From: Euglena gracilis
Taxonomy: Eukaryota
DNA: 64,000 bases
Direction: 5' to 3'
Assembly: GCA_039621445.1 (NCBI GenBank)
Contig: CP154954.1
Span: 35,449,703 to 35,513,702, forward strand
Below the pieces are notes generated by a model that saw nothing but the letters and a program-made list of their open reading frames with translations, did no database searches and was not told the origin of the DNA. The position numbers were made by a program, and so were the translations under genes. Below are positions 1-10,939 of the stretch, in pieces. The stretch's first letter is position 1. Each line of letters opens with the position of its first letter.

Positions 1-1715
1 TGGAAGAAATGAGCAGACTTAGATGGGTGCGTTCGACCATTCCGGGGGACATTTACCAGGTCAGCCCAGGTTACCATGTATAAATGGACCAAATTGGGCC
101 TTACTCCGAGTTACCGAATGGGTGTTCCAGGAGGCCTCCAAAGTCAGGGGACCCGTTGGTTTCATGATTGTCGTGGTTTAATGGTAAGAAAAACATGCAG
201 CCGGAAGGTTGGTTGCAAGAAATGAGCAGATTTAGATGGGTGCATTCGACCATTCCGGGGGACATTTACCAGGTCAGCCCAGGTTACCATGTAAAAATGG
301 ACCAAATTGGGCCTTACTCCGAGTAACCGAATGGGTGTTCCAGGAGGCCTCCAAAGTCAGGGGACCCGTTGGTTTCATGATTGTCGTGGTTTAATGGTAA
401 GAAAAACATGCAGCCGGAAGGTTGGTTGCAAGAAATGAGCAGATTTAGATGGGTGCATTCGACCATTCCGGGGGACATTTACCAGGTCAGCCCAGGTTAC
501 CATGTAAAAATGGACCAAATTGGGCCTTACTCCGAGTTACCGAATGGGTGTTCCAGGAGGCCTCCAAAGTCAGGGGACCCGTTGGTTTCATGATTGTCGT
601 GGTTTAATGGTAAGAAAAACATGCAGCGGAATGTTGGTTGCAAGAAATGAGCAGATTTAGATGGGTGCATTCGACCATTCCGGGGGACATTTACCAGGTC
701 AGCCCAGGTTACCATGTATAAATGGACCAAATTGGGCCTTACTCCGAGTCACCGAATGGGTGTTCCAGGAGGCCTCCAAAGTCAGGGGACCCGTTGGTTT
801 CATGATTGTCGTGGTTTAATGGTAAGAAAAACAAGGTATGTTGCAAGAAATGAGCAGATTTAGATGGGTGCGTTCGACCATTCCGGGGGACATTTACCAG
901 GTCAGCCCAGGTTACCATGTAAAAATGGACCAAATTGGGCCTTACTCCGAGTTACCGAATGGGTGTTCCAGGAGGCCTCCAAAGTCAGGGACCCGTTGGT
1001 TTCATGATTGTCGTGGTTTAATGGTAAGAAAAACATGCAGCGGGAATGTTGGTTGCAAGAAATGAGCAGATTTAGATGGGTGCATTCGACCATTCCGGGG
1101 GACATTTACCAGGTCAGCCCAGGTTACCATGTAAAAATGGACCAAATTGGGCCTTACTCCGAGTTACCGAATGGGTGTTCCAGGAGGCCTCCAAAGTCAG
1201 GGGACCCGTTGGTTTCATGATTGTCGTGGTTTAATGGTAAGAAAAACATGCAGCGGGAATGTTGGTTGCAAGAAATGAGCAGATTTAGATGGGTGCATTC
1301 GACCATTCCGGGGGACATTTACCAGGTCAGCCCAGGTTACCATGTAAAAATGGACCAAATTGGGCCTTACTCCGAGTTACCGAATGGGTGTTCCAGGAGG
1401 CCTCCAAAGTCAGGGGACCCGTTGGTTTCATGATTGTCGTGGTTTAATGGTAAGAAAAAGATGCAGCGCGAATGTTGGTTGCAAGAAATGAGCAGATTTA
1501 GATGGGTGCATTCGACCATTCCGGGGGACATTTACCAGGTCAGCCCAGGTTACCATGTAAAAATGGACCAAATTGGGCCTTACTCCGAGTAACGAAAGGG
1601 TGTTCCAGGAGGCCTCCAAAGTCAGGGGACCCGTTGGTTTCACGATTGTCGTGGTTTAATGGTAAGAAAAACATGCAGCGGGAATGTTGGTTGCAAGAAA
1701 TGAGCAGATTTAGAT
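1..1715 (+). repeat. 213-bp tandem satellite array, block A (~8 monomers)
   Basis: The motif ...gacatttaccaggtcagcccaggttaccatgtaaaaatggacc... recurs about every 213 bp (ORF-track hits at 1008 and 1221). The array ends at ...agatttagat, where unique sequence begins. Confidence 0.98.
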
Positions 1716-4700
1716 CAGTCGTCAAGCTTGAGGTTTGAGTACTTGAAGGCGTCCTTGAACTTTCTGTTCAAGGTGGAGTATTCCTCCAGTGGCTTCTCGG
1801 CACTCGGCACGATTGTGCGAACTGCGCCTTCCGCAGTGTGCCAGAAGGTACCTCGCAGGCAGTTGACGCAGAGTACTGGTACATTCGTACCATCTCGCTC
1901 CGTGTAGCCAAAATTGTGCTTGTGGGTCCAACTGTCCACGCACTTGGCACATACCAAGGCGGCACAGTTGGGTATGTACATATCCTTGTGGAACGATTTC
2001 CGATCCACAGGGTTGCACACATGAACGAGGGGTAATCCCAAGTCAGGAGCACTGTTGTACATCCTGTGTCAAACAGTGCAGAGCCACACAAATCGGTTTT
2101 CTGATGTTCTGTCGACGAGGAATTCCTCGCCGAAGTATTGGGCCAAAACACGTGGTGATCTGGAATTGTAATAATTCAAGGTGACATTCTGGTCAAAGGA
2201 CCATTTCCGTCCTTGACAGAACAGTGGTTCAATCCACCGATTGAGGCATTGGTCTGTTCGCAGCTTGTGTTCGATCATCATGTACCTGTTTTTCAGGTCA
2301 TGAGTCTCAGGATCATCCTGAGTCATCGCATTCCAGTCGATTACAACTTCGCCTTCCGAAGGTGTCGTAGTCGTAGAGGCGCGGGATTTTCCCTGCCCCT
2401 TCGTAGGTGGTTTCGGCTGTGAGGTTTTCCCATAGCCGGATGATGTGACCTGTGTGAATCCTCCTCCCGAGGCTAATCCTCTAGAAGAAGATGCACCCTG
2501 GCCTCCAGCACCACCACCGCCTTTCGGTGGGGGCTGATCACCTGTCTTAGGTGAGGGTTTGCAAGGCGCGGCACCGGGCTTTGATTTGGCCGGGGCCTTC
2601 GGACTTCCGCTTTCCGGAGCATCCGAGGGTCGCCGTTCGGCGTCACGCTTGCTTGACCAGGTGCGTGGTGACGGCTGGGCCGGGGGTCTTTTCCCCGACA
2701 CCGAGCGTCGTTGACCTTCAGCAGGGGTTTCCCGAGCTGAGGGTCGCCCTACGCGTTCCTTCGCTGCGCTCGTGGGTTTCCCAGGAGCAGCAGTGGGGGA
2801 CGGTGTGGGTGTGGACGTCGCCGCTGCACTTCGCGTTGGCTGAGTCTGTGGTGGGGGCATGGATGTCCGTGTAGCCTGTTTTTCAGGTGCCGGTGTCCGT
2901 GTGCCCGCACGCTTCGGTGCAGTGGCCGCTGTGTGTGGGGGTACGGGCTCATCCCGTGCCTCTGATGCCGCTACCGGTGCTAATGCAGGTTCATCCTGCA
3001 CTGGCGCGGGTAGTGCTATCTCCACTGACATTGCCGTCTGTTCGCCCTCCGTCCGTGTCGTTTCCGACACCGGCGGTGGCGTGGCCATTGGGGGAGGTTC
3101 ATCCTCCTCCATGGCTGCAACTTCAGTTGTTTCGTCCGTTGGCTGGACAGTTTCCGCCACAGCAGTGGAAGAACTGGCCGCAGTGCCACGTGGGGTGACA
3201 ACTGCGATCAGTGATCGCAAACCGCCGAGTACACGTCCGCCCAGTGAGGGGCGCCGTTCAGGTCCTTCCCCTGAAGTGGGCTCCTCCACTGGCTCCTCTG
3301 TCGTCGGGATTTCCCCGGGGACAGGAAGCTTGAGGCGTAATACCTCAGGCGTATGGGTTACCGTCTCCGGCGGGTTTTCCCGCGGAGGGGTCGGTCCTCC
3401 TGGCGTACCCGGTGAGGATGGTGACAGTGGGACAGGCGTCATTTCACCTGTCGGTGATCCCGGGCGCTGGGCGGTTTCCGCCACAGTGTCCAGCATCACA
3501 ACCGATGGGCTACGGGTTTCCCGTGCCGGAGGTTCCGCGGGCTGAGGTTCATCCTCGGCCATTGGGACCACTTCTTCCGTCTCCTCCGCTTCCGGAGGTG
3601 AGTCCTCTGTGTGTAGCTGTGCTGCAGAACGCGGGTCTTCCCCGGTTCTGTAGCACCCCTGTGCGTCTGACAGGCGGAAAAAGCTAATACTTTCGCTCCT
3701 GTCAGAGTTGGGATATGGGGGTGGCCATGACGGTCTTACCCAGCTTCCGGGTAAGGGCTCTGGCTCGTCCTCATTGTTACGGCAGAGGTCTTCCCACTGC
3801 ATTCGCCGATCCCAGCTCATGCCACGTTCTCCTGTGTCTTCCAGGAAGGCTGGCAGCGGCAAGGCATAACGTGGCTGTTTTTCCACGTCTGCTGCGTAGA
3901 AGGACTGGAAATCTTCCCAGATCAGGATATTCCCGAACTGGTTTTCCATGTGCTTCGGAAGACCGATTTCGGCCTCGTACCAGTCCGGCCGCAGGTTCAT
4001 CCTGCGTCGGTCTTGGTCATTCGGTCTGGCTTCTTCCTCGGTGTATCCCCGAGGTAACCACTTCCTGTGAATATTCACATCAGTGGTCATGTACTCCAGG
4101 AAATAAATGTACACCTCCAGGACGTAGGTAATCCACGCCCTGTGCCAGTATTGTTGAAGCAGAAATATTTTCTGCCGGTGCTGTTTCAGCACCTTTCGAT
4201 GTTGCGTTCCGATCTGGGGCTTTCGGCACTGATGCAGGAGAAATCTCCTGGTCAGTGGGCTGCCGGCATTCTCGGCAGTCGGAGGCGGTTTTCCACGCTC
4301 ACCGAAACCCCAGAAATCAACAATGTGTTGCTCTTTGCAAAACTGGCATTCCAGCTTGTATCGTTGTGAGGATAGGCGAGGTCCACGTCCAGTACCTTGA
4401 ACAGCATGCCATACATGCTATCCAAGAATACTTGGAGGTTGTTCGTGAACATTACCGCAGCCTGCACCTGGAGTTTCTCCGGCAGGGGGTAATACTTCCA
4501 CTGGATTCCCAGTGCGCTGACAGAATACATGTGGTTGAAGATTTCCTTCAACTGTGCGACGAACGTTTCATCGTCAGGACATGTTCCCAAACAGTTCACG
4601 TACGACTGACCGTTTCGGTCAGTAAAGATGCCGAAGTTCTGGCAGGGGTATCCCAACCAGAACCACAGCTCCCAGAAACCGGGCATCCGGTCCAGGACGA

Positions 4701-5944
4701 CTTCATTCGAATGAGGGTATCCCTCAAATGCATGAAGTTCAGAACTGTAGAAAAATCGCTTGCAGTGATCGTACATACGATCCTGTACCACTTCGAGCAC
4801 CGCTTCCGGTGGTCGGTGGATGACGTTACCTGCACGCGTGTACTGCTGAAGATTTTCTTTAATTTTCGGCCAGATCTCATCCAGGTAGTCGAACACCTGG
4901 TTAACGTCGTAATCCTTCGTTTTCGAAGGGTCGGCGGCTTTTCCGCCTTTTCCTGTCGGGGGTCCGGCAGATTTTCCGCCTTTGCCTGGAGCTGGTCCAG
5001 CGGGTTTTCCGCCTTTCCCAGATGGGGCTTTCCCACCTTTCTCCTGGCCTTTACCTTTACCCTTACCCTTGCCTTTTCCTTTTCCCTTGCCCTTCGTGTT
5101 GGACAGCCATTCTATCGTCGCCCGATATGGGTCCCAATATTCCCAGTATTCTGGGTCTTCTTCTGTATACACAGGATAAGTCACGGATTCCGTGCTTGGT
5201 GTTCGAGCAAATTCCTACTCAGCATCACCACGATTCGAGTAAACCGGTGCGACTGGGGATGGTCGGGTTTCCCGACGTGCCCGTTCTGCCGTCACGTCGG
5301 GCGCTGGCGGAGCTTCCTCCTCAGCGTCGACGTGCATCGCCGCCGGCGGGTTTTCCGACCTCGGCGAGCGGCGTTGTGGCTGCGGCGTCAAATTTTCCGG
5401 GCCGCGGTCACGTTTGCCGGCGGCAGAGCTTGTGGGTCGTGCTGGTGGCGCTTCCGCCACAGCCACGTCCCGCTGTCGCGCTGGTTGACTTAACCGTGAT
5501 GGATCTGGGACTCCTGTGAGAGCCGACACAGCAGCATCATACTGCTGGCGCTCTTCCCGTGTCATTTCCGCCCGGGCAGGGTATCCCTGGCCGGCGGAAA
5601 CAGGGGGACGACGTGCTATTTGTCGTTGGATTGTCACAGCATATTCATACTGTTGACGGTCCTCCTCAGTCTCGAACGGCCGACCAGTCCACGGGTTAAC
5701 GGGTTCATCCCGTGCCGGGGTAACTGGTGCCGCACGAGGCGCTGTCGCGGCTTCCCGCGGACGAGCGCTTCGGGCAGAGTCAGACGCCGGGGGAGGATTT
5801 CCCTCCGCAGGACGTCGTGGGATAGGGTCAGGTATGGTTGGGTGGGGTTGAGGTGGATATACGTACTGATCCCGTGGCATTGGCGCCTCCTGGGGGTAAT
5901 CCCCAGAGACGGTATACTGAGACACAGGCTCCTGCGCAGGATCC
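1715..5944 (-). pseudogene. Large extra ORF (ORF3, ~1400 codons) downstream of pol; unknown function, Pro/Ala/Thr/Gly-Lys-rich with CxxC motifs
   Basis: The ORF pieces 5215.., 4252..5184, 2069..4192 and 1715..2062 join through an in-frame TAG (5215), one frameshift (~4350-4375) and an in-frame TGA (2069). Confidence 0.7.
5040..5095 (-). repeat. (Lys-Gly)n low-complexity coding repeat in ORF3
   Basis: Translation reads KGKGKGKGKGKGKGKG, followed by GKGGK.A.P repeats. Confidence 0.85.
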
Positions 5945-8900
5945 TCGGGCCCATACCCTTTCCAGCGGACCTTCCAAAGGTGCATACCTTTGTCGATTTT
6001 GTGATCGATAATTTTATCGACTACAAAGTCGTCCGTCTCAGGTAATCTGGAACGGGGTTTGAAGTGCAAACACGGGATGGGTTTCCCATCCGGTGGCGAC
6101 AGGTATGGTTTGAAGTCGTCCATATGAACGTCCTCAACACCATTCGGTAATGCAACCTTGTAACGCCCGCTGGTACCTAGTCTTTCTAGGATTTCACAGG
6201 GGCCGAGCCAGAGGGGGTCCAGCTTGGAAGACTGCATGCGAGTACGGCTATTCCGTACCCACACGCGGTCGCCAGGACTATACACAGGTGCCTTGAAGTT
6301 CTGCAAAAACGATTTCCGTTTTGCTGCATGAATATCAGTCACGCGTTTCTGGACTGCAGAACGTAGATTTTCTACTTCCGCAAACCAGGTTTCGCAACTG
6401 ACACTCGTTCGGGCGGGTCTCTCCGAAGGGACATCCCCTATGGTCGGAGGGTCCCGTCCGAAAACTAATTTATAGGGGGAATGAGGTAAAACCAACCCTG
6501 GTAGGGTATTGATATAAAACAAAGACCATGGTAGAACTGATATCCAGTTGCTGCGCGAGTCAGCCAGTGAAAGGCGAAGCATATTCACGACGGATTTCAC
6601 GGCTGCCTCGGCTCTACCATTGCCTTTGGGTCGGTATATAATGGAAAAATGTTGCTCGATTCCGAGTAAACCGCACAAAGTGGTGAAAAACCTTGAAGAA
6701 ATCAAATGGTCTTGATCACTCACAATTTCGTTCGGTAAACCCATCAAGCAAATGCATTTCTCCAAAAATATAGTTGCCAAACTTTGGGCAGTCAACCCTG
6801 ACTTCTGGCATGGAATGGCTACAATGTACCCACTCAGCCTGCAGACGACAACAAAGACGTAATCGTAAGTTTTGTCGTCTGTTCCTTTGCACGGTTCTAA
6901 TTCCAGAAAATCCATGCAGAGGGATGTAAAAATGTCAGGGGGTACGGGGAAAAAGTCCATCGTACCAGGGGGGGTACCTCTGCGGGGTTTTACCGCTTGA
7001 CAAATTTGACACCGTTGCGTTATTCGCAAACAGCGTGAGTAAAACTCTTTCTCGCTCAGGGTTGTGCAATACCTGCGGCCCACCAACGAAAGAAGTTTGG
7101 GGGCCCCAGGGTGACCATGGTTGTGATAACACAAAATCACATCATCAACCAGGTCCTGGGGAATACAATATTTGTAACCCGATTCATTGTGAAAAACCAA
7201 CCGTAAAGGTGAAAGAGTGTAATTGTCCAGTACTTCGCCATTACGAAGTCTGGTGACAATGGTGTCATACACCGGATCACGACTATAATCCCATTCGCGA
7301 AAGAACAGTGGGGAAGGGGACTCCGTGCGCATAATACGCCGGGGCCCGGGCGTGCTTCCACGTCGGCGCCTTCCTCGCACTGGTGCGACCAGGAATAGTT
7401 GTGAAACGGGAAAGAATCCAAAAGATTATCCGCAGCGTCGTTTCGACGTGCGTAGTCGTCAGCTTCCTGACTTCCATGAAAAGTCGCGTCTCCCTCATCC
7501 GGGTTCCCAGGGTAATACCAAGGGGCCCGACTGAGCGGATCCGCTACTTTTTGTGTGTGACCAGGGGTATAGATAACCACAAGGTTGAATTGACTCAAGA
7601 ACTCATGCCATCTGCATCGCCTTCCGACCGATGACATGGCCTTGTTCAAATCCTCGGTGTACCAGTGTTGGAGACTCTCATGGTCGGTCTTGACGAGGAT
7701 CTGGACGAGACTGCTGGCTACCCAGCTTCGGAATTTCTGGAGTATAAGCACGATTGCGTAGGTTTCCTTCTCGCGTATACTCCATTTGACTTGACCTTTT
7801 CCATCGTCGCCCTGTAACTTTCTGCTGAAGAAAGCCACAGGTCGGAGCTCATTCGCCGCATTATGCTGGCTAAGAACTCCGCCAACAGCGTAATCGCTGC
7901 TGTCGACTTCCAACACGTATGGTTTGTACGGGTCCGCGATTTCGAGGACAACATTCTCCAAAAGCAAAACCTTGATTTTCTCAAGGGCGTCGCGCATTTG
8001 GTCATCCCAAATGACTTTGGTATTGTCAACAGCCCGGTTTTTTGAGCTGTTTGGTGAGGGGCACCGCGATTTTCGCGAAGTCCTTCATATAAATCGCGTA
8101 GTATTGGGCTAATCCCAAAAATCCTTTGAGGTGAGTAATCGTTTTGATTACCTCAGGGGTCCATTTCTTAATGGCTTCGAGTTTACTCGGAGCGGCTTTC
8201 CGCTGTCCATTGCTGAGGATGTGCCCACAAAATTTTATAAGTATCCGAAACAAATGCATTTTCGCGCCTTTCGCGAAAAGCACATGTTTTTGAAAAGCGG
8301 TTAATACCGCGCAAACATGGTGGAAATGTGTGACGAGGATATCCTCGCTCGATTTTGCGGATGGTGGTGGTGTTCCCACCAGCACATCATCAATGTACAC
8401 AATGGCAAACGGTAAATCGCGTAGAACCCATTGTATCATGCGCTGAAACATGGCTGGGCCATTCTTAACACCCATGGGGAGTACCGTCCATTGGTACACA
8501 CCCTTGGATGTCACGAATGCCGTGTATGGTTGGGAGTCAGGGTGTAAGTGCATTTGGTGAAAACCATCCTCCAGATCGAAAATTGACCACAACCGGTTTT
8601 CCGATTGTTTGGTGATCAAATCCTCGATCAGGGGGAGCGGGAAGGGATCATCCCTTGTTTGGGAGTTCAGATACCGGTAATCCAGCACCAGCCTCCATTT
8701 CTTCTGACCTGAGGGGTCTGGGGGTTTAGGAACAACAAATGCCTGGGATGTCCACTCGCTTTTCGAGGGTACAATCCACTCGCTGAATAAGCTTCTCAAT
8801 CATTTCATTGAGAGCTTGTTCGCGTTCTCCCGAACAACGAAAAAATTTTCGGTGCATTGGTTTGGCTCCATCCTTAAGCTCGATCTTGCAAACACCGAAC

Positions 8901-10936
8901 GGACCGCGTATCGCGGGGTCGATGTCGCACGCGTATACTGGATTTTCCAGCACACCGTGGAATTCGCGGGTAATCCGCGAACAGAATTCGGCTGATTTAG
9001 GATGCTGACCTGCACTCTCGATGACTGCGGAAACCGCCATTGTATCCCTGGGGCTACCGAGCTTCCTCGGCACCGCGAATTCGGACATTCCGAATGCATC
9101 GAAGAAACATACGCGAAAAATGATTTCTTGCAAGGGTGGTAATATTTTACCACAAAAATCCTCAAAAATCGGTACATTAGTGGGTAAATCCCACCAATAA
9201 AAACATACATACGATAGTTGGGTGAACCATTCCGCTTCCGGAATGATGGGCATGAGAAAAACTCCACGGGCTTCATCCCGCAGAATTTTCTCAACCGCAC
9301 ATTCGATAAGTTTTGGGGGGGGTGCATCCATAACACCGTATCACCCCAAAATTTATCAAATGTGTTGGAGTGTTGTGACCAATGACGTGGCAAACGGGCA
9401 TGTGCATTGGATGAGAAGGCATCGATTTCCAATGCCAAATCAAAAGAATCTGCCAATGTCGCAATTTTTGAAAACCATCGTTCCAAAATGCGATATTGAC
9501 CGAAATTGAAAGCATTCCATACACGTTTCGCGTATTCATGCACCCGATTTTCGGGTTGAAGGGTAGAAAAACAATGAATGGATCCACAAACATGCGGGCT
9601 GTCTTCCACTACCACAATGGTTAATCCCAAGGGAGTTTGGACAGGTTGGGGGTTTCCCCATTCCGCATCAAATCCGTACCAAGTGTGATCGCGATTGTAA
9701 TTAGGAATCGCGCTTTTCGCGTTTCCGAACAACGAGGCTAATCCGCGTTGTTGGAGTACTCGGTGTATCTCCGCGCATTGAGGGCTACAACCAAGTGTAT
9801 CATGGGGGGTGGATTCCGTTTTCGGAATTGCGATTAGTGTCGGATTTTGAACTAAACATCCACAATCGAAATCCGATTGGCTGGAAATTCTCCTGCAGTG
9901 CACACATTGGAAGGAAGTGTGATGGTGTGACGGGTGTGCGTGAAAGTGGGTGTCGATGACATTAGCCGGGGAGTCTTGTACAGGTGTGCCTGGATTCGGC
10001 ACAACTGGTGGGAAACGGAGTGGTGGTGTAGCTGGGCGACTACTCGACACCGTAATTACTTCAGGCCTTTGGGCTTTCGTCTTGTAACCCAGTGAAACGG
10101 CGGGGGTACCGCTACTCGCTTGACATGCCTCATGTGGAACGCATGTTGGTGTGTCATTGGGCAGGGGGGAGGCTTTCTCCGTACCCCGGGTGTGGAAAAC
10201 GGTTGTTGGTGTGGTGGGTAACGGTGTTGCCATTGTGGGTAACGGTGTGGGCAAAGCGGTGGTCATCATAGTGGATGACAACGGTGATGGTGGTTTGGGT
10301 GTCAATGAAGTGGTGGGTGCTGTGCGCAAACCGTGGGAGTGGCAATCCACAACCAATCGGTACTGGCGTAAAAATGGGTATCCCAAAATTACGTCAGACC
10401 CGTGAATTCCGGACTCGTAACCCCAAATATTGGTGAAATGTTGTAAGTGTGGGGGTTGTGAGTGATGCTTCGGAATGATGGGCAAGAGTATCTCGAGCAC
10501 ACATCCCAAATCACCACCACACATGGGGGTGTTATCCGCGGTTGTAATTTTGATCGGTTTCTTGGCGCTTACCAAGAGCGGGGTCGGTATCAACCCCAAC
10601 CGAAAGAGCAGTGCAATGCGACAACCAGTGTCAATGAGAATTTTAACTTTAGTGGAGAAATTTTGGATGCGGATTTCCGCTTGGACGAGTAATTCCATTG
10701 GTGGTACGCAAAGTGAAGGGTCTGGCGGAAATACGTTTGCATGCCAGCTCTCCCATGAACCCTTTCCTACTTTGCTCAGCATTCCGAGCGGAAATGTGGA
10801 GTGGGGGGTAGGGGACCCGAAATAATTCCGGGTACTGACCGTGAAGGCGGATGGGCAGGGGGGGGTAAGGTTGATCAGGTCTTACCTCCATCTGTTCATC
10901 AGCCCAGAGGTCCGTGCCCTCGGACCTCGGGCTCCC
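5945..10936 (-). pseudogene. pol: pol of copy 1: protease, MTase-like domain, RT, RNase H, integrase, partial chromodomain; frameshifted
   Basis: Protease LIDTGC...ILGYPFL. RT WRLVLDYRYLN, DLEDGFHQ, LPMGVKNGP, VYIDDVLV. RNase H VDSSDYAVGGVLSQ, EKETYAIV, TDHESL. Integrase HNHGH..CQIC, MDF/SDQD/GRAE, WLGPC. Chromodomain FVVDKIIDH...WKVRWKGY. Frameshifts near 10860, 9312, 8781, 8040 and 7412. Confidence 0.95.
9095..9510 (-). other. Dam/DIRS-type N6-adenine (amino) DNA methyltransferase-like domain within pol, copy 1
   Basis: Reconstructed across a 1-bp frameshift: QYRILERWF...LEIDAFSSNAHARLPRHWS...NTFDKFWGDTVLWMHPPQKLIECAVEKILRDEARGVFLMPIIPEAEWFTQL. This matches the IDLFAS..A.LPRY.S..DAF..W...xPPx..I..V..KI....A...I.P.....WF..L pattern of DIRS/phage Dam-like MTases. 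Confidence 0.8.
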
Positions 10937-10939
10937 CTA
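10901..10939 (-). promoter_or_regulatory. Candidate gag/pol UAG readthrough signal (UAG-GGG plus 13-bp stem-loop), copy 1
   Basis: Minus strand reads TAG GGG AGCCC-GAGGTCCG AGGGCA CGGACCTC-T-GGGCT. The stop and stem are conserved in copy 2. Confidence 0.6.

Noticed and set aside
2069-2071. TGA as selenocysteine (CxxU) or a reassigned codon (also the TGA at a Trp position, 12248)
   Set aside because: The two TGAs replace different residues, copy 2 has TGG at the gag site, and no SECIS was identified. Nonsense mutations in a dead copy are the simpler explanation.
4255-5493. 412-aa and 228-aa (2859..3545) plus-strand ORFs as antisense genes
   Set aside because: They are shadows of the GC-rich minus-strand ORF3 with no recognisable motifs.
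9095-9510. Classifying the element as DIRS because of the MTase domain
   Set aside because: It has an aspartic protease and a DDE integrase with chromodomain and no tyrosine recombinase, so it is Ty3/gypsy.
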